Assembly (NCBI GenBank): GCA_965198515.1
Contig: CBDAPO010000005.1
Span: 240,896-304,895, forward strand
Source: Granulicella sp.
GTDB taxonomy: Bacteria; Acidobacteriota; Terriglobia; Terriglobales; Acidobacteriaceae
Reading direction: 5' to 3'
DNA: 64,000 nt
The notes under the pieces were generated by a model. It ran no database searches and was not told where the DNA came from. It saw nothing but the letters and a program-made list of their open reading frames with translations. The stretch's first letter is position 1. The number at the start of each line of letters is the position of its first letter. Shown here piece after piece: positions 1 through 9,155 of the stretch. The translations under genes and the position numbers were made by a program.

Positions 1-773
1 TTCAACTCCTCGCCAACGAGGGATCGCAGGAGCCCGCCCCCGCCGAAGAACAGCCGGCCCGTGCCGACGAACTCGGCCCCGGGCAGACCTCCGACCTGAA
101 GCGCAAGCGCGCCGAAGCTGCCGTCGAGATGGCGCAGTACTACGAGGACGCGCGCACGCTCGCGCGCATGATGGCGGGCTGGGCCAAAAAGCTTCCCGGG
201 CGGCGCCATCGCTTTGTGGTCACCTCCGGCGGCGGTCCCGGCATCATGGAGGCGGCCAACCGCGGTGCCTGGGAGGCCGGTGCGAAGACCATCGGTCTCA
301 ACATCGTTCTGCCGTTTGAGCAGGTGCCGAACCGCTACATCACCCCAGCGCTGAACTTCAACTTCCACTACTTCTTCATGCGCAAGTACTGGTTCGCGTA
401 TCTCGCCAAAGCGCTCATCGTCTTCCCGGGCGGCTTCGGCACGCTGGACGAGATGTTTGAGCTGCTGACTCTTGACCAGACCGGCAAGCTCGCCAAAAAG
501 ATCACCGTCGTCTTGTACGGCTCAAGCTACTGGAAGGGCGTGCTGAACCTGGATCTTCTCGTGGAAAAGGGAGCAATCTCCGTGGGCGATCGCGACCTGT
601 TCCAGTTCGCCGACACGCCGGAAGACGCATTCCATCTGCTCACCGACGGCCTCACCAAAAATCACCTGTCCGACCGTACCGAGCGTGAGCCGGCGGAAGA
701 GCCGATCCCCAGTGAGCCCGCGCCCAGTGCGCAGGAACAGCTCGGCCCCGACATCGCCAAGACGCGGCCGTAG
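1..773 (+). CDS. LOG family protein (TIGR00730-like nucleotide phosphoribohydrolase), 5' end outside window
   Basis: Frame is open from nt 3 into the 129..773 ORF; motifs SGGGPGIMEAAN and PGGFGTLDE. Confidence 0.9.
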   Translation, partial: QLLANEGSQEPAPAEEQPARADELGPGQTSDLKRKRAEAAVEMAQYYEDARTLARMMAGWAKKLPGRRHRFVVTSGGGPGIMEAANRGAWEAGAKTIGLNIVLPFEQVPNRYITPALNFNFHYFFMRKYWFAYLAKALIVFPGGFGTLDEMFELLTLDQTGKLAKKITVVLYGSSYWKGVLNLDLLVEKGAISVGDRDLFQFADTPEDAFHLLTDGLTKNHLSDRTEREPAEEPIPSEPAPSAQEQLGPDIAKTRP

Positions 774-811
774 TTCGTCCAGTCGTTTGCTTTGTGAGAC
801 GATAAGCGCAA

Positions 812-2143
812 ATGCACCGCTTTGCCCCTGTTTTGACCCTGTTGGCCGCCTCGGCCTTTGCTTCGACTGCTGCCCTTGCGCAGTCCGCCCGGCAAGCCAC
901 ACCCAGCGTTGAGTACATTCGCACCGGCAAGCTCTTCGACAGCCGCTCCGGACACTACGTCGAAGGCCAGACCCTGGTCGTAGAAGGCGAACGCATCCGC
1001 AGCGTGGAGCCCGCCGGCTTCACCGTCCCTGCCGGTGCCAAGGTGATCGATCTGACCGGCAGCTACGTGCTCCCGGGTCTCATCGACTGCCACACGCACC
1101 TGACCGTTCGCGCGGACAAGTACGCCGAAGTAGAAGCCTTCCGCGAGACGCCGTTCACCGCCGCGATCAACGGTGTCGTCAACGCGAAGCGAACGTTGGA
1201 CGCTGGCTTCACCACGGTGCGTGACGTCGGTTCGCCGCCCTTTGCGGCTGTCGACCTGCGTAACAACATCGACTCCGGCTACATCCCCGGCCCGCGCATC
1301 GTCGCCTCGGGCCCGCCCATCTCCATCACCGGCGGCCACGGCGACCTGAACAATTTCTCTCCCGAAGCCCGCGTTACGCTCTACCCCGCCGATCGCGAGT
1401 TCGCCATCGCCAACGGCACGCAGCAGGTGCAGGAAACCGTGCGCGCCCAGGTAAAGTACGGCGTGGACGTGATCAAGATCCTGGCCTCCGGCGGCGTACT
1501 CTCCAAGGGCGACCAGCCCGGCGCACCGCAGTTCACGCTGGAGGAACTGAAGATGGCTGCCGACACGGCACACATGGCCGGCCGCAAGATCGCCGCCCAC
1601 GCTCACGGCGCGCTCAGCATCCGGTGGTCCATCCAGGCCGGCATTGACTCCATCGAGCACGCCTCGCTGGCTGACGACGAAGACATCCGGCTCGCCCGCG
1701 AGCACGGCACCTTCTTCGTCATGGACATCTACGACGACGACTACATCCTGCAGGAAGCGCCCAAGTTCGGCCTCCCCGAGGAACAGATCAACAAGGAGCG
1801 CGGCGTCGGCAAGGCGCAGCGCGAGACCTTCCGCAAGGCCGTCAAAGCCGGCGTCAAGATGGCCTTCGGCACCGATGCCGGTGTCTATCCGCACGGCGAC
1901 AACGCCCGCCAGTTCCACTACATGGTGATGTACGGCATGACGCCCGCGCAGGCCGTGCAGGCCGCCACCTCCAACGCCGCCGAACTCATCGGGCGCGCAG
2001 CGGATGTCGGCGAACTCAGCCCCGGTCACTTTGCCGACCTCATCGCCGTAACCGCCGACCCGATGCAGCACATTGAGGTGCTGGAGCATGTGCCGTTTGT
2101 GATGAAGGGCGGCGCGGTTGACAAGGACGAGCGGAGCCGCTGA
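812..2143 (+). CDS. Secreted metal-dependent amidohydrolase (Xaa-Pro dipeptidase-like)
   Basis: Signal peptide; metal ligands DCHTH, IKI, AAHAHG, SIEH, GTDAG. Confidence 0.9.
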   Translation: MHRFAPVLTLLAASAFASTAALAQSARQATPSVEYIRTGKLFDSRSGHYVEGQTLVVEGERIRSVEPAGFTVPAGAKVIDLTGSYVLPGLIDCHTHLTVRADKYAEVEAFRETPFTAAINGVVNAKRTLDAGFTTVRDVGSPPFAAVDLRNNIDSGYIPGPRIVASGPPISITGGHGDLNNFSPEARVTLYPADREFAIANGTQQVQETVRAQVKYGVDVIKILASGGVLSKGDQPGAPQFTLEELKMAADTAHMAGRKIAAHAHGALSIRWSIQAGIDSIEHASLADDEDIRLAREHGTFFVMDIYDDDYILQEAPKFGLPEEQINKERGVGKAQRETFRKAVKAGVKMAFGTDAGVYPHGDNARQFHYMVMYGMTPAQAVQAATSNAAELIGRAADVGELSPGHFADLIAVTADPMQHIEVLEHVPFVMKGGAVDKDERSR

Positions 2144-2216
2144 CGTGCTCAGCGGTTCAATTTAGCCGTCTGTGAACACGCGCCGCCGCGCCCTGCCGCT
2201 ACCATCAGCATCGGGC

Positions 2217-3377
2217 ATGCCGCGCATCGCGTTTCTCCCGGACAGCTTCCATGAGGTGAACGGCGTGGCCCACACGGCACGCCAGTTTGTCGCCTTTGCC
2301 CAGCGCCGCGGCATCGCGATGCTGTGTGTGCGCGCCGGTGGGCTGGCTGTCGGGATGGACGACAGGCTCATCCAACAGGGCTCCGTCAGCATCCTGCAGC
2401 TCTACCGCGGCCACTGGGCCGTGCCCATGGAGCAGGATCTGTCCTTCGATCCCTTCTTCTTCCGCCACGCGCAAGCGATCGGCAGGGCACTGGACAGCTT
2501 CCGGCCGGACCTCATTCACATCACCGGCCCCAGTGAGCTCGGCCTGTTCGGGGCGTTCTTCGCGTGGCGTCGCGGCATCCCGCTGGCCGCCAGCTGGCAC
2601 ACCAACGTGCATGAGTACGCCGGACGCCGGCTGCTCAACAACGCACAGGCCCTTGGGCAATTCGGCGTCGGAGCTGCAGCAGCGGCAGAGTGGGCCTCCA
2701 TGGCCGTGCTGGCGCGTTTGTATCGCCGTGCGGATGTCATCTACGCCCCCAACCGGCAGCTCTGCGCCTTGCTCCAGGCTCGCATCGGAAGACCGTGCCA
2801 CCTCATGCAGCGCGGCGTCGACACCGTGCTGTTCACCCCCGGGAAGCGTACCCGCCAAGACGCCTCCCCGTTGACGCTCGGCTTCGTGGGGCGCTTGTCG
2901 GTCGAGAAGAACGTGGCTCTTCTTCCGGTGATCCATCGCGATCTGGCATCGCGTGGGCTGGCCCCGCGCTGGGTTATCGTCGGGCACGGGGCAGAGGAGC
3001 GCCACCTGCGCCGGGAGCTCGGCGCGGCCGCCACCTTCACCGGCGTGCTGCGCGGGGAAGAGCTGGCTAGGGTCTACGCCGACATGGACCTGCTCGTCTT
3101 CCCATCGCACACGGACACATTCGGCAATGTGGTGCTTGAGGCGCTCGCCAGCGGCGTTCCCGCGATTGTCACCCCGGACGGCGGCCCGGCTCACATCGTC
3201 CAGGACGGCCTGACCGGGTGCATTGTGCCTGACGAGGCCTTTGCGACCGCGATCTCTACGTTGGCAGCCCATCCGGAACGCATGGCAGCCATGCGCCGGC
3301 AAGCGCGCGACTACGCCTTGACCTGCTCCTGGGACAGCGTCTTCGAGGGCGTATTAGCGGCGTACCCGGTGGCCTGA
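2217..3377 (+). CDS. Glycosyltransferase family 4 (GT-B)
   Basis: EVNGVA, GFVGRLSVEKN, SHTDTFGNVVLEALASGVP; start moved to ATG 2217. Confidence 0.9.
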   Translation: MPRIAFLPDSFHEVNGVAHTARQFVAFAQRRGIAMLCVRAGGLAVGMDDRLIQQGSVSILQLYRGHWAVPMEQDLSFDPFFFRHAQAIGRALDSFRPDLIHITGPSELGLFGAFFAWRRGIPLAASWHTNVHEYAGRRLLNNAQALGQFGVGAAAAAEWASMAVLARLYRRADVIYAPNRQLCALLQARIGRPCHLMQRGVDTVLFTPGKRTRQDASPLTLGFVGRLSVEKNVALLPVIHRDLASRGLAPRWVIVGHGAEERHLRRELGAAATFTGVLRGEELARVYADMDLLVFPSHTDTFGNVVLEALASGVPAIVTPDGGPAHIVQDGLTGCIVPDEAFATAISTLAAHPERMAAMRRQARDYALTCSWDSVFEGVLAAYPVA

Positions 3378-4931
3378 ACGGTGCCGCCCGTGTACCTCGC
3401 GCGCCACCGGCTCAGCGCCGCCATGGTAGATCTCGCCCAGAAACACCGCATGCGGAGGAAGCGCCAGGTGAGTTGTTGTCTGGCCGGTCATAGCCTCCTT
3501 GCCAAAGGCAAACAGCGGCCGCAGTCCCCCGGGGCGCATGCCGGCAGCCTGGAGATCGCTGTCCAGCGTCAACAGCACAGGTTGGTCGGTAAGGTTGGCG
3601 GCAACCACCACGTTGGCCACGGTCCGCGAACCCGCCGGCGCACGCCGAATCCAGACTAGAGCTCCGTCGGCGTCGCGGTTCAGCATCGTCTGCGTGCCAT
3701 TGCGGAGGCTCGCGTTGTCGTGATGCAGCCCGATCAGCTGACGATAGGCGTTCAGCAGCGACCTGGGGTCGCGGTCTTCCGTGATCACATTCAGGACGGG
3801 GCCATTGGTCGGCGCGACGGGCAGCGTCCCCGCCGTGAAGCCGGGCAGTGTGTCGGCGTCGGGCGGAGCTGGCGGAATATTAGCGTCCACAGCGACATGC
3901 GCTGGGGCTGCCATTCCCGCCGTCAGGCTGCGCGGAGGCGGTTGGTACGGGTGGTATGCGCCGTATTCGGTCTCTGAAGCGGGCTTTGGGACTTCGGTAT
4001 GTTCGGTAGGAGCCGGGGTGTGGTTCGAGGGCGTCCACTGCATCACGGGCAGCGCTTTGCCCGCGCTCGCGCTGCTGTCCGCAACGGCCGGGTACAGATC
4101 GAGACCCAACTCATCGCCGAAGTCGAAGATCGCGGCGCCGCGGGAGGCCAGCAGCATGGCCGCATCGGCCGCCGCGTTGGGAGAGGCGCTCGCCGGATCT
4201 GCCGCAAACTGCAGCACTCCATTCGTTTCCGCGTCCGCCCCCGCGCTGGCGGCCGCCAATACGGTCCGCAACTGCACAACACCCGCCCCCGCTACCGGCA
4301 GAGCCGCCGCGGTGACCAACTGGCCCCCGTGCCCTGGGGTCGTCGCGGTTGCGCCACCCCTCTCCCGCCTCCGGAGTGGGGCAGGTGCGCTGATGGCAGC
4401 GCCCGGGATGGGATCACTGAGCAGCACGCGCTCTCCTGGCAGGCTTTGCAGCATCTGCCGCAGCGAGGCGGCCAAGGCCGGGTACCCGCCGTCGGCAGCA
4501 GTTACCCTTCCCGCCGGGGGCAGGGCCACCCCGGCCACGCCCGCACCCAGCCAGCCATGGACTGTATTCAGCAGGGTGTCGTGTGGCCCCTGCAACAGGG
4601 CCGGGTTCAGCGCAATCACTACCCGCAGGTGGTGCCGGCTGGCCTCACGCACCAGGTCTTCCAGGCCGTCCGCGTCGAAGCTGCCCTCCAGTAGCAGCGC
4701 ATCCACACCCACGGATTGCAGGTAGTCCAACCGTTGAACGATGCCCTGGAGATCGCCTTTGCCGTTCCCGCTGCCGTCTTGAAACCGCGCCGGGTCCATG
4801 CGGTAGAACACGGCGCGCCGCCACCAGGCCTCGGGCGCCACGCCCGATCCAGCCCACCCAGGTCGGGCCAGCACCTGGGCTGCGGCCGGGAGAACTCCCG
4901 CCAGGCAAAGGCCGAGAACAATGCGCTTCAC
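3354..4931 (-). CDS. Secreted GH13 alpha-amylase-like protein, probably catalytically inactive
   Basis: WWRRAVFYRMDPARFQDGSGNGKGDLQGIVQRLDYLQSVGVDALLL and C-terminal DPRSLLNAYRQLI are GH13 hallmarks; region II reads GVAGVALP with no nucleophile Asp. Confidence 0.8.
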   Translation of the reverse strand: MKRIVLGLCLAGVLPAAAQVLARPGWAGSGVAPEAWWRRAVFYRMDPARFQDGSGNGKGDLQGIVQRLDYLQSVGVDALLLEGSFDADGLEDLVREASRHHLRVVIALNPALLQGPHDTLLNTVHGWLGAGVAGVALPPAGRVTAADGGYPALAASLRQMLQSLPGERVLLSDPIPGAAISAPAPLRRRERGGATATTPGHGGQLVTAAALPVAGAGVVQLRTVLAAASAGADAETNGVLQFAADPASASPNAAADAAMLLASRGAAIFDFGDELGLDLYPAVADSSASAGKALPVMQWTPSNHTPAPTEHTEVPKPASETEYGAYHPYQPPPRSLTAGMAAPAHVAVDANIPPAPPDADTLPGFTAGTLPVAPTNGPVLNVITEDRDPRSLLNAYRQLIGLHHDNASLRNGTQTMLNRDADGALVWIRRAPAGSRTVANVVVAANLTDQPVLLTLDSDLQAAGMRPGGLRPLFAFGKEAMTGQTTTHLALPPHAVFLGEIYHGGAEPVAREVHGRHRSGHRVRR

Positions 4932-5033
4932 GTGCAGTACCAGGCCCTCGCTCCACTCCGGCGAGCCGATCTCGCCCTGCTCAAGAACGGATGCGCCGCT
5001 GCCGTTGCCGCAGAACAGCGACGCACCCCAAGG

Positions 5034-5726
5034 TCATACCAGGAGAAGATCCGCGTAGACGGCGGTGTCCCGCCGAATCACCTCGCCCACCGATACATCG
5101 ATCCTACGCCGGAACATGGGACCGGCGAAGGTGAAGGTGTGGAACTCGCCTCGCTCCCCACAAGGGTCCACCCCGGGTGGCAGGTCGGCCAGCAGTTGCG
5201 GGGTAAACGCCCGTCCGGCAAACGCCATGTCGAGCCGCTGCGGATCAATGCAGGCCAGATGCGCCTGGAGGCCGCCGGCGATCATCTCGCGCGCGAGCCG
5301 GTCGGTTGGTTCACCCCAAAGTGGAAACAGCGGCTGGAGTCGAAACGGGGCAAGCGCCGCCTCGCGGTAGCGGCGAATGTCCTCCAGAAACAGGTCGCCA
5401 AACGCGATCCCATGGAGCCCTTCGTCCACCGCACGTTGCAGCGCAGGGTTCATGGCTGCCTCATAGTCTGCGTTGGTACATGGCCAGGGCAGGTCCACGG
5501 TCCACAACGGCAGACCAGCGGCTTCGGCCTGTTGTTGCAGCAGTTGCTCGCGAAATCCATGGATGGCGACGCGGCCAAAGTGGCGGTTCACCGTGGTCAA
5601 CAACCCTACGACCTCAAACTCGGCCGAGTTTGCGGAACGCAGCCGATGCAAGGCCCAGGCGCTGTCCTTGCCGCCGGACCAACTCAGCAGGATGCGTCTC
5701 GGGGAAGCTTGCAGTGCCTGGCTCAC
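5034..5726 (-). CDS. N-type ATP pyrophosphatase (MJ0570/Dph6-like)
   Basis: PP-loop SWSGGKDS, IAFGDLFLED, DPCGERGEFHT; overlaps tolC-like stop by 4 nt. Confidence 0.9.
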   Translation of the reverse strand: MSQALQASPRRILLSWSGGKDSAWALHRLRSANSAEFEVVGLLTTVNRHFGRVAIHGFREQLLQQQAEAAGLPLWTVDLPWPCTNADYEAAMNPALQRAVDEGLHGIAFGDLFLEDIRRYREAALAPFRLQPLFPLWGEPTDRLAREMIAGGLQAHLACIDPQRLDMAFAGRAFTPQLLADLPPGVDPCGERGEFHTFTFAGPMFRRRIDVSVGEVIRRDTAVYADLLLV

Positions 5727-7294
5727 ATGCCGAGGAAAGAGCGATACCGCGCTTCAAGCACCCCAGTGCTGCGCGCGAGGTTCACCTTGGCCACATTGAA
5801 CTGGTAGGTCGCACTCACCAGCTGGGCCTGCGACCCGATCACCGCGGCTTCCGCGTCCACCACTTCCAGGTTGTCGGTAACGCCCGCAGTGAATCGTTCC
5901 CGGGCATCGGCGAGCTCCTGTTGCGAAAGATCGGCATTGCTCCGCGCCACGCGCACAAGCTGCGAGGCCGTTTCAACGTCCAGCAAGCTGGTCCGAATCT
6001 GTGCGTCGATTGTTCCGCGCAGGTTCTCTTCCTGGTCCCGCAGTTGTTGCAGTTGCGACTCGGCGGTGTCCTGCTCGCCCCGTTGTGCCGCTTCACGGAA
6101 AACCGGGAACTTGACGCTGCCTTCCGCCGTGAACACGCCGTGGTACAGCCCCGTGGTCTCACCCAGGACGCCATAGAAGCCGTTCACCGCCAACGTCGGC
6201 AGACGCTGATACTTCACGGCCTTCACCTCGTGACTGGCGACAATGATGCTTTGCTGCAACGCCAGGAGGTCATTGCGGTGCGTGTACGCCGTCTGCCTCG
6301 CCTGGTCCAGATCCAGCTCGCCCAATTCGGAATACGGTGCCTCGTCCGTCAGGTCGAGCTCTTGTCCGGCCGGCAAACCCATCACCCGGTTGAGCTGAAT
6401 ACCGTCCTTATCGAGCTGATTGTCTGCCGAAACATGCGCCTGCTGCCGCTGTTGGTATTCCACCTGGGCGCGCAGCACGTCCAGCTTGATGCCTACGCCG
6501 GCCACATCCAGTTGCGTCGCCTGGTCCAGCAGCGCCTTGGCTGCGGTCTCTTCGGCGATGGCGTTGTTCAGATTCGCCTGGTCAGCCAGAACCTTCAGGT
6601 ACGCCGTCGTTACCGCCTGCACGAGTTGCTCGTCCGAATCCGCAACATTCAAGTCAACGGCCTTGAACTCAGGCTTGATGGCCCGGTACAGCTCAAAATC
6701 AGGCAGGTTGAAGAGCTGCTGATCCAGACTGATCTGCGCCGTGGTGGTATTTACCTTCACGATCGTCTGCAGCGTGCTCGGGTTGATTCCAAAGTCTTCA
6801 AGCAGCGGGCCGACCTTGGTCGGGTTGAAGCCGAGTGCGGCCAGGTTCAGCTCCTGCGCGGTTGAAGCTGCGCGGAACTGAAGGTTCGGGAAGAGTGCGT
6901 TGGCGATCTGGCCGCGGTAGCCGCGCACGGCGCGCTGATTGGCGTGCTCATACTTGAGCCGCAGGTTGCGCTGCAAGCCCAGCGAGATCGCGTCGTCAAG
7001 CGACAGCGGCAAGGGGCCTTGCTGGGCCTTTTCCACCGCAAAGCCGCCCGGCCCGGGGGTTGTGCCGGGGGCCGTGAACTTCACTCCGGAGCCCGCGGGC
7101 CGCACAATCCCGGTACCCTGCCCGGCGACCAAGGTGCTGGGCGCTTGCGGAAGTCCGGGAGCAACCTCTGCGGCTGCAACCGGACCCGCCGCTGGAGAGG
7201 CAGGCGATGCCGAAGGGGCCTGCGCGAAAGCGGCCCCGCACGGCGCAAGAAGGGCCGCGGCTGCCGCCGTGAGGAGTTTGGAACAGATCTGCAC
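5723..7294 (-). CDS. TolC family outer-membrane efflux protein
   Basis: Signal peptide, LSLDDAISLGLQRN, two OEP-like halves ending in long helices. Confidence 0.9.
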   Translation of the reverse strand: MQICSKLLTAAAAALLAPCGAAFAQAPSASPASPAAGPVAAAEVAPGLPQAPSTLVAGQGTGIVRPAGSGVKFTAPGTTPGPGGFAVEKAQQGPLPLSLDDAISLGLQRNLRLKYEHANQRAVRGYRGQIANALFPNLQFRAASTAQELNLAALGFNPTKVGPLLEDFGINPSTLQTIVKVNTTTAQISLDQQLFNLPDFELYRAIKPEFKAVDLNVADSDEQLVQAVTTAYLKVLADQANLNNAIAEETAAKALLDQATQLDVAGVGIKLDVLRAQVEYQQRQQAHVSADNQLDKDGIQLNRVMGLPAGQELDLTDEAPYSELGELDLDQARQTAYTHRNDLLALQQSIIVASHEVKAVKYQRLPTLAVNGFYGVLGETTGLYHGVFTAEGSVKFPVFREAAQRGEQDTAESQLQQLRDQEENLRGTIDAQIRTSLLDVETASQLVRVARSNADLSQQELADARERFTAGVTDNLEVVDAEAAVIGSQAQLVSATYQFNVAKVNLARSTGVLEARYRSFLGM

Positions 7295-7372
7295 GCCTAT
7301 TTAGAGTGCCATGCCACGTTCCGGGATGCGAACTTCTGTGGGATGTTCGTCAGGAAAACGAACACCGGGCGA

Positions 7373-8236
7373 CTAACGGGTAAGCTCCCGGAGCGCCGCC
7401 TGCAGGTCCGGGACCTGCGAGATGTGCCATTCCGTCTTTACCTCGTCATCCTGCTGGCCGATGGTCTTGAACAGCAGCGCCCGCCCGCCAATGTGGACAT
7501 GCGTCTCCGTGATCTGCCATCTGCCTGGCGCGAGCTCCCGGCGTTCCACGTTGAAGGTACCGCCTTTATCGATCTTGCCGAACAGCCCAAAGCCGAATTT
7601 CACGTCGTCGGTCAGCGTGCCCCGTAGCGACTGGATGCGGTTACCCTCGCGCGCCACGGTCATCTGTCCGGCCATCACCGCCAGCACGCGTGCCTGCATG
7701 TCCGGGGGAGTGAAATCCGGGTTTGGGTGGAACTTCAGCTGGACCGCCTGCGGTGACTCGCTGACCACGCTCCACACAAAGGCCTCGGGCAGCATCTGGA
7801 GAAACTCCTGCGCCTGTGCGCCGTCGCTTTCCGCAGCCTTGCGGCGCCGCGCCAACTCTTCCGGGCTGTTCACGAAGGTCCTGAGCCGATCTGCCTCCTT
7901 TGCCGCAGCGCTGCCGCTCAGCGGCCGGCCGTTCAGCTCAATCAGTCGCCGCAAGTCGCCCTTGGGCGTCTCGATCACCTGGTACACAGCGTCTTTCCCA
8001 GGCTCAACATCGTGGTCGCGGTATTCCCACGGAGTCTTATCCGTGCGCGCGGCATTGAGTTCGGCGGCAACTGCCTGCTTCACCACCGCCAGCGCTGACG
8101 GCTCCGAGGCCTCGCCGTACATGGGCCGGCAGACCAGGGCCAGCAGGGCAGAACAGGCAAGCCAAAGGATCACGCTTTTCCGTTGCGCGCCCCGAACCCT
8201 CTTTCCAATGCGACACGCGAAACGATCAGCCATCAT
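7373..8236 (-). CDS. Hypothetical exported protein (start uncertain)
   Basis: Hydrophobic signal-like stretch ILWLACSALLAL followed by a beta-rich soluble domain; co-oriented with neighbours. Confidence 0.75.
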   Translation of the reverse strand: MMADRFACRIGKRVRGAQRKSVILWLACSALLALVCRPMYGEASEPSALAVVKQAVAAELNAARTDKTPWEYRDHDVEPGKDAVYQVIETPKGDLRRLIELNGRPLSGSAAAKEADRLRTFVNSPEELARRRKAAESDGAQAQEFLQMLPEAFVWSVVSESPQAVQLKFHPNPDFTPPDMQARVLAVMAGQMTVAREGNRIQSLRGTLTDDVKFGFGLFGKIDKGGTFNVERRELAPGRWQITETHVHIGGRALLFKTIGQQDDEVKTEWHISQVPDLQAALRELTR

Positions 8237-8250
8237 GATCCGTTCTTGAA

Positions 8251-8982
8251 CTACTCCAACAGAATTTTGACAAAGGATCCTTCGGGCAGAGTTTTGCCCC
8301 CAAGCGGGTGCACGACGCCGTCCCGTACAAAGCCACGCAGCATGGTGGGCTGCGCGTCCACTGGCTTAGACGTGGGTTCCATCCGTGCAGGGGCAGGCGG
8401 TGCCGTGGCACGCTGCGGGTACGGGGTTGCCGTAGCGGGCGGCCGGCTTTCGGCTGCGCCCGCGGTCTTGCCCATGCCGCGATCCATGGCCTCGTTCGCC
8501 AGCCGGTCCGCGACCTTGTTTTTGTTGCGAAGCGCGTGATGGAGTTCGAATCCCTTCAGCTGCGCGATCCGGCGCCGCGCTTCTTCGTGCAGGGGCTTCA
8601 GATCAGGCGAGTTCACCTTAAACTTGCCCTGGATCTGCTTCACCATCAGCTCGCTGTCCGAGATCACGCGCAGCTTCGGATGACCATGCTCCAGCGCCCA
8701 GGCCAGTACGGCCAGCAGACCGGAGTACTCGGCGAAGTTGTTGGTACGGAACCCGAGAAACTCGCTAAGCTCGGCGAGCGGCGCCCCGGCACCATCCACC
8801 AGGACGGCGCCAAAGCCCGCCGGGCCCGGATTGCCGCGCGCGCCACCATCACAGTGGGCGAGAATCCATCCCTCCGGCAACGGTGGCAGCTCTGACGGCA
8901 CAGCCTTGGGGCGAGAGGGGTACTTGCGAAAGGGAGGTCGACCCCCCGAAGGGCGACCGTCATCAGGAAACAGCGAAGCCAT
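8251..8982 (-). CDS. rnhA: Ribonuclease HI with C-terminal AF2212/DUF104-like tail
   Basis: CDGGARGNPGPAG, TNNFAEY, SDSEL, NKVADRLAN (all four acidic catalytic residues). Confidence 0.92.
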   Translation of the reverse strand: MASLFPDDGRPSGGRPPFRKYPSRPKAVPSELPPLPEGWILAHCDGGARGNPGPAGFGAVLVDGAGAPLAELSEFLGFRTNNFAEYSGLLAVLAWALEHGHPKLRVISDSELMVKQIQGKFKVNSPDLKPLHEEARRRIAQLKGFELHHALRNKNKVADRLANEAMDRGMGKTAGAAESRPPATATPYPQRATAPPAPARMEPTSKPVDAQPTMLRGFVRDGVVHPLGGKTLPEGSFVKILLE

Positions 8983-9027
8983 CGGTGGTTAGTGTAGCTG
9001 CGATGGTTGCGAAAGACGAACGCCACG

Positions 9028-9140
9028 AACGCAAAGAGCGCCAAGGTACGCAACGGATCCAGAGTCAACACCGGCTTCGGGATTTCAGGACGGCAACGGA
9101 CACCGTCGCGTACCTTGGCGTCCGTCGCGCTCTTTGCGTT
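9028..9140. repeat. Long imperfect inverted repeat made of nonamer-periodic units
   Basis: AACGCAAAGAGCG (9028-9040) pairs with 9128-9140; CCAAGGTACGCAACGG (9041-9056) pairs with 9103-9118 with one mismatch; 9-nt bulge, 46-nt loop. Confidence 0.9.
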
Positions 9141-9155
9141 GGTCTTTATGAGACC

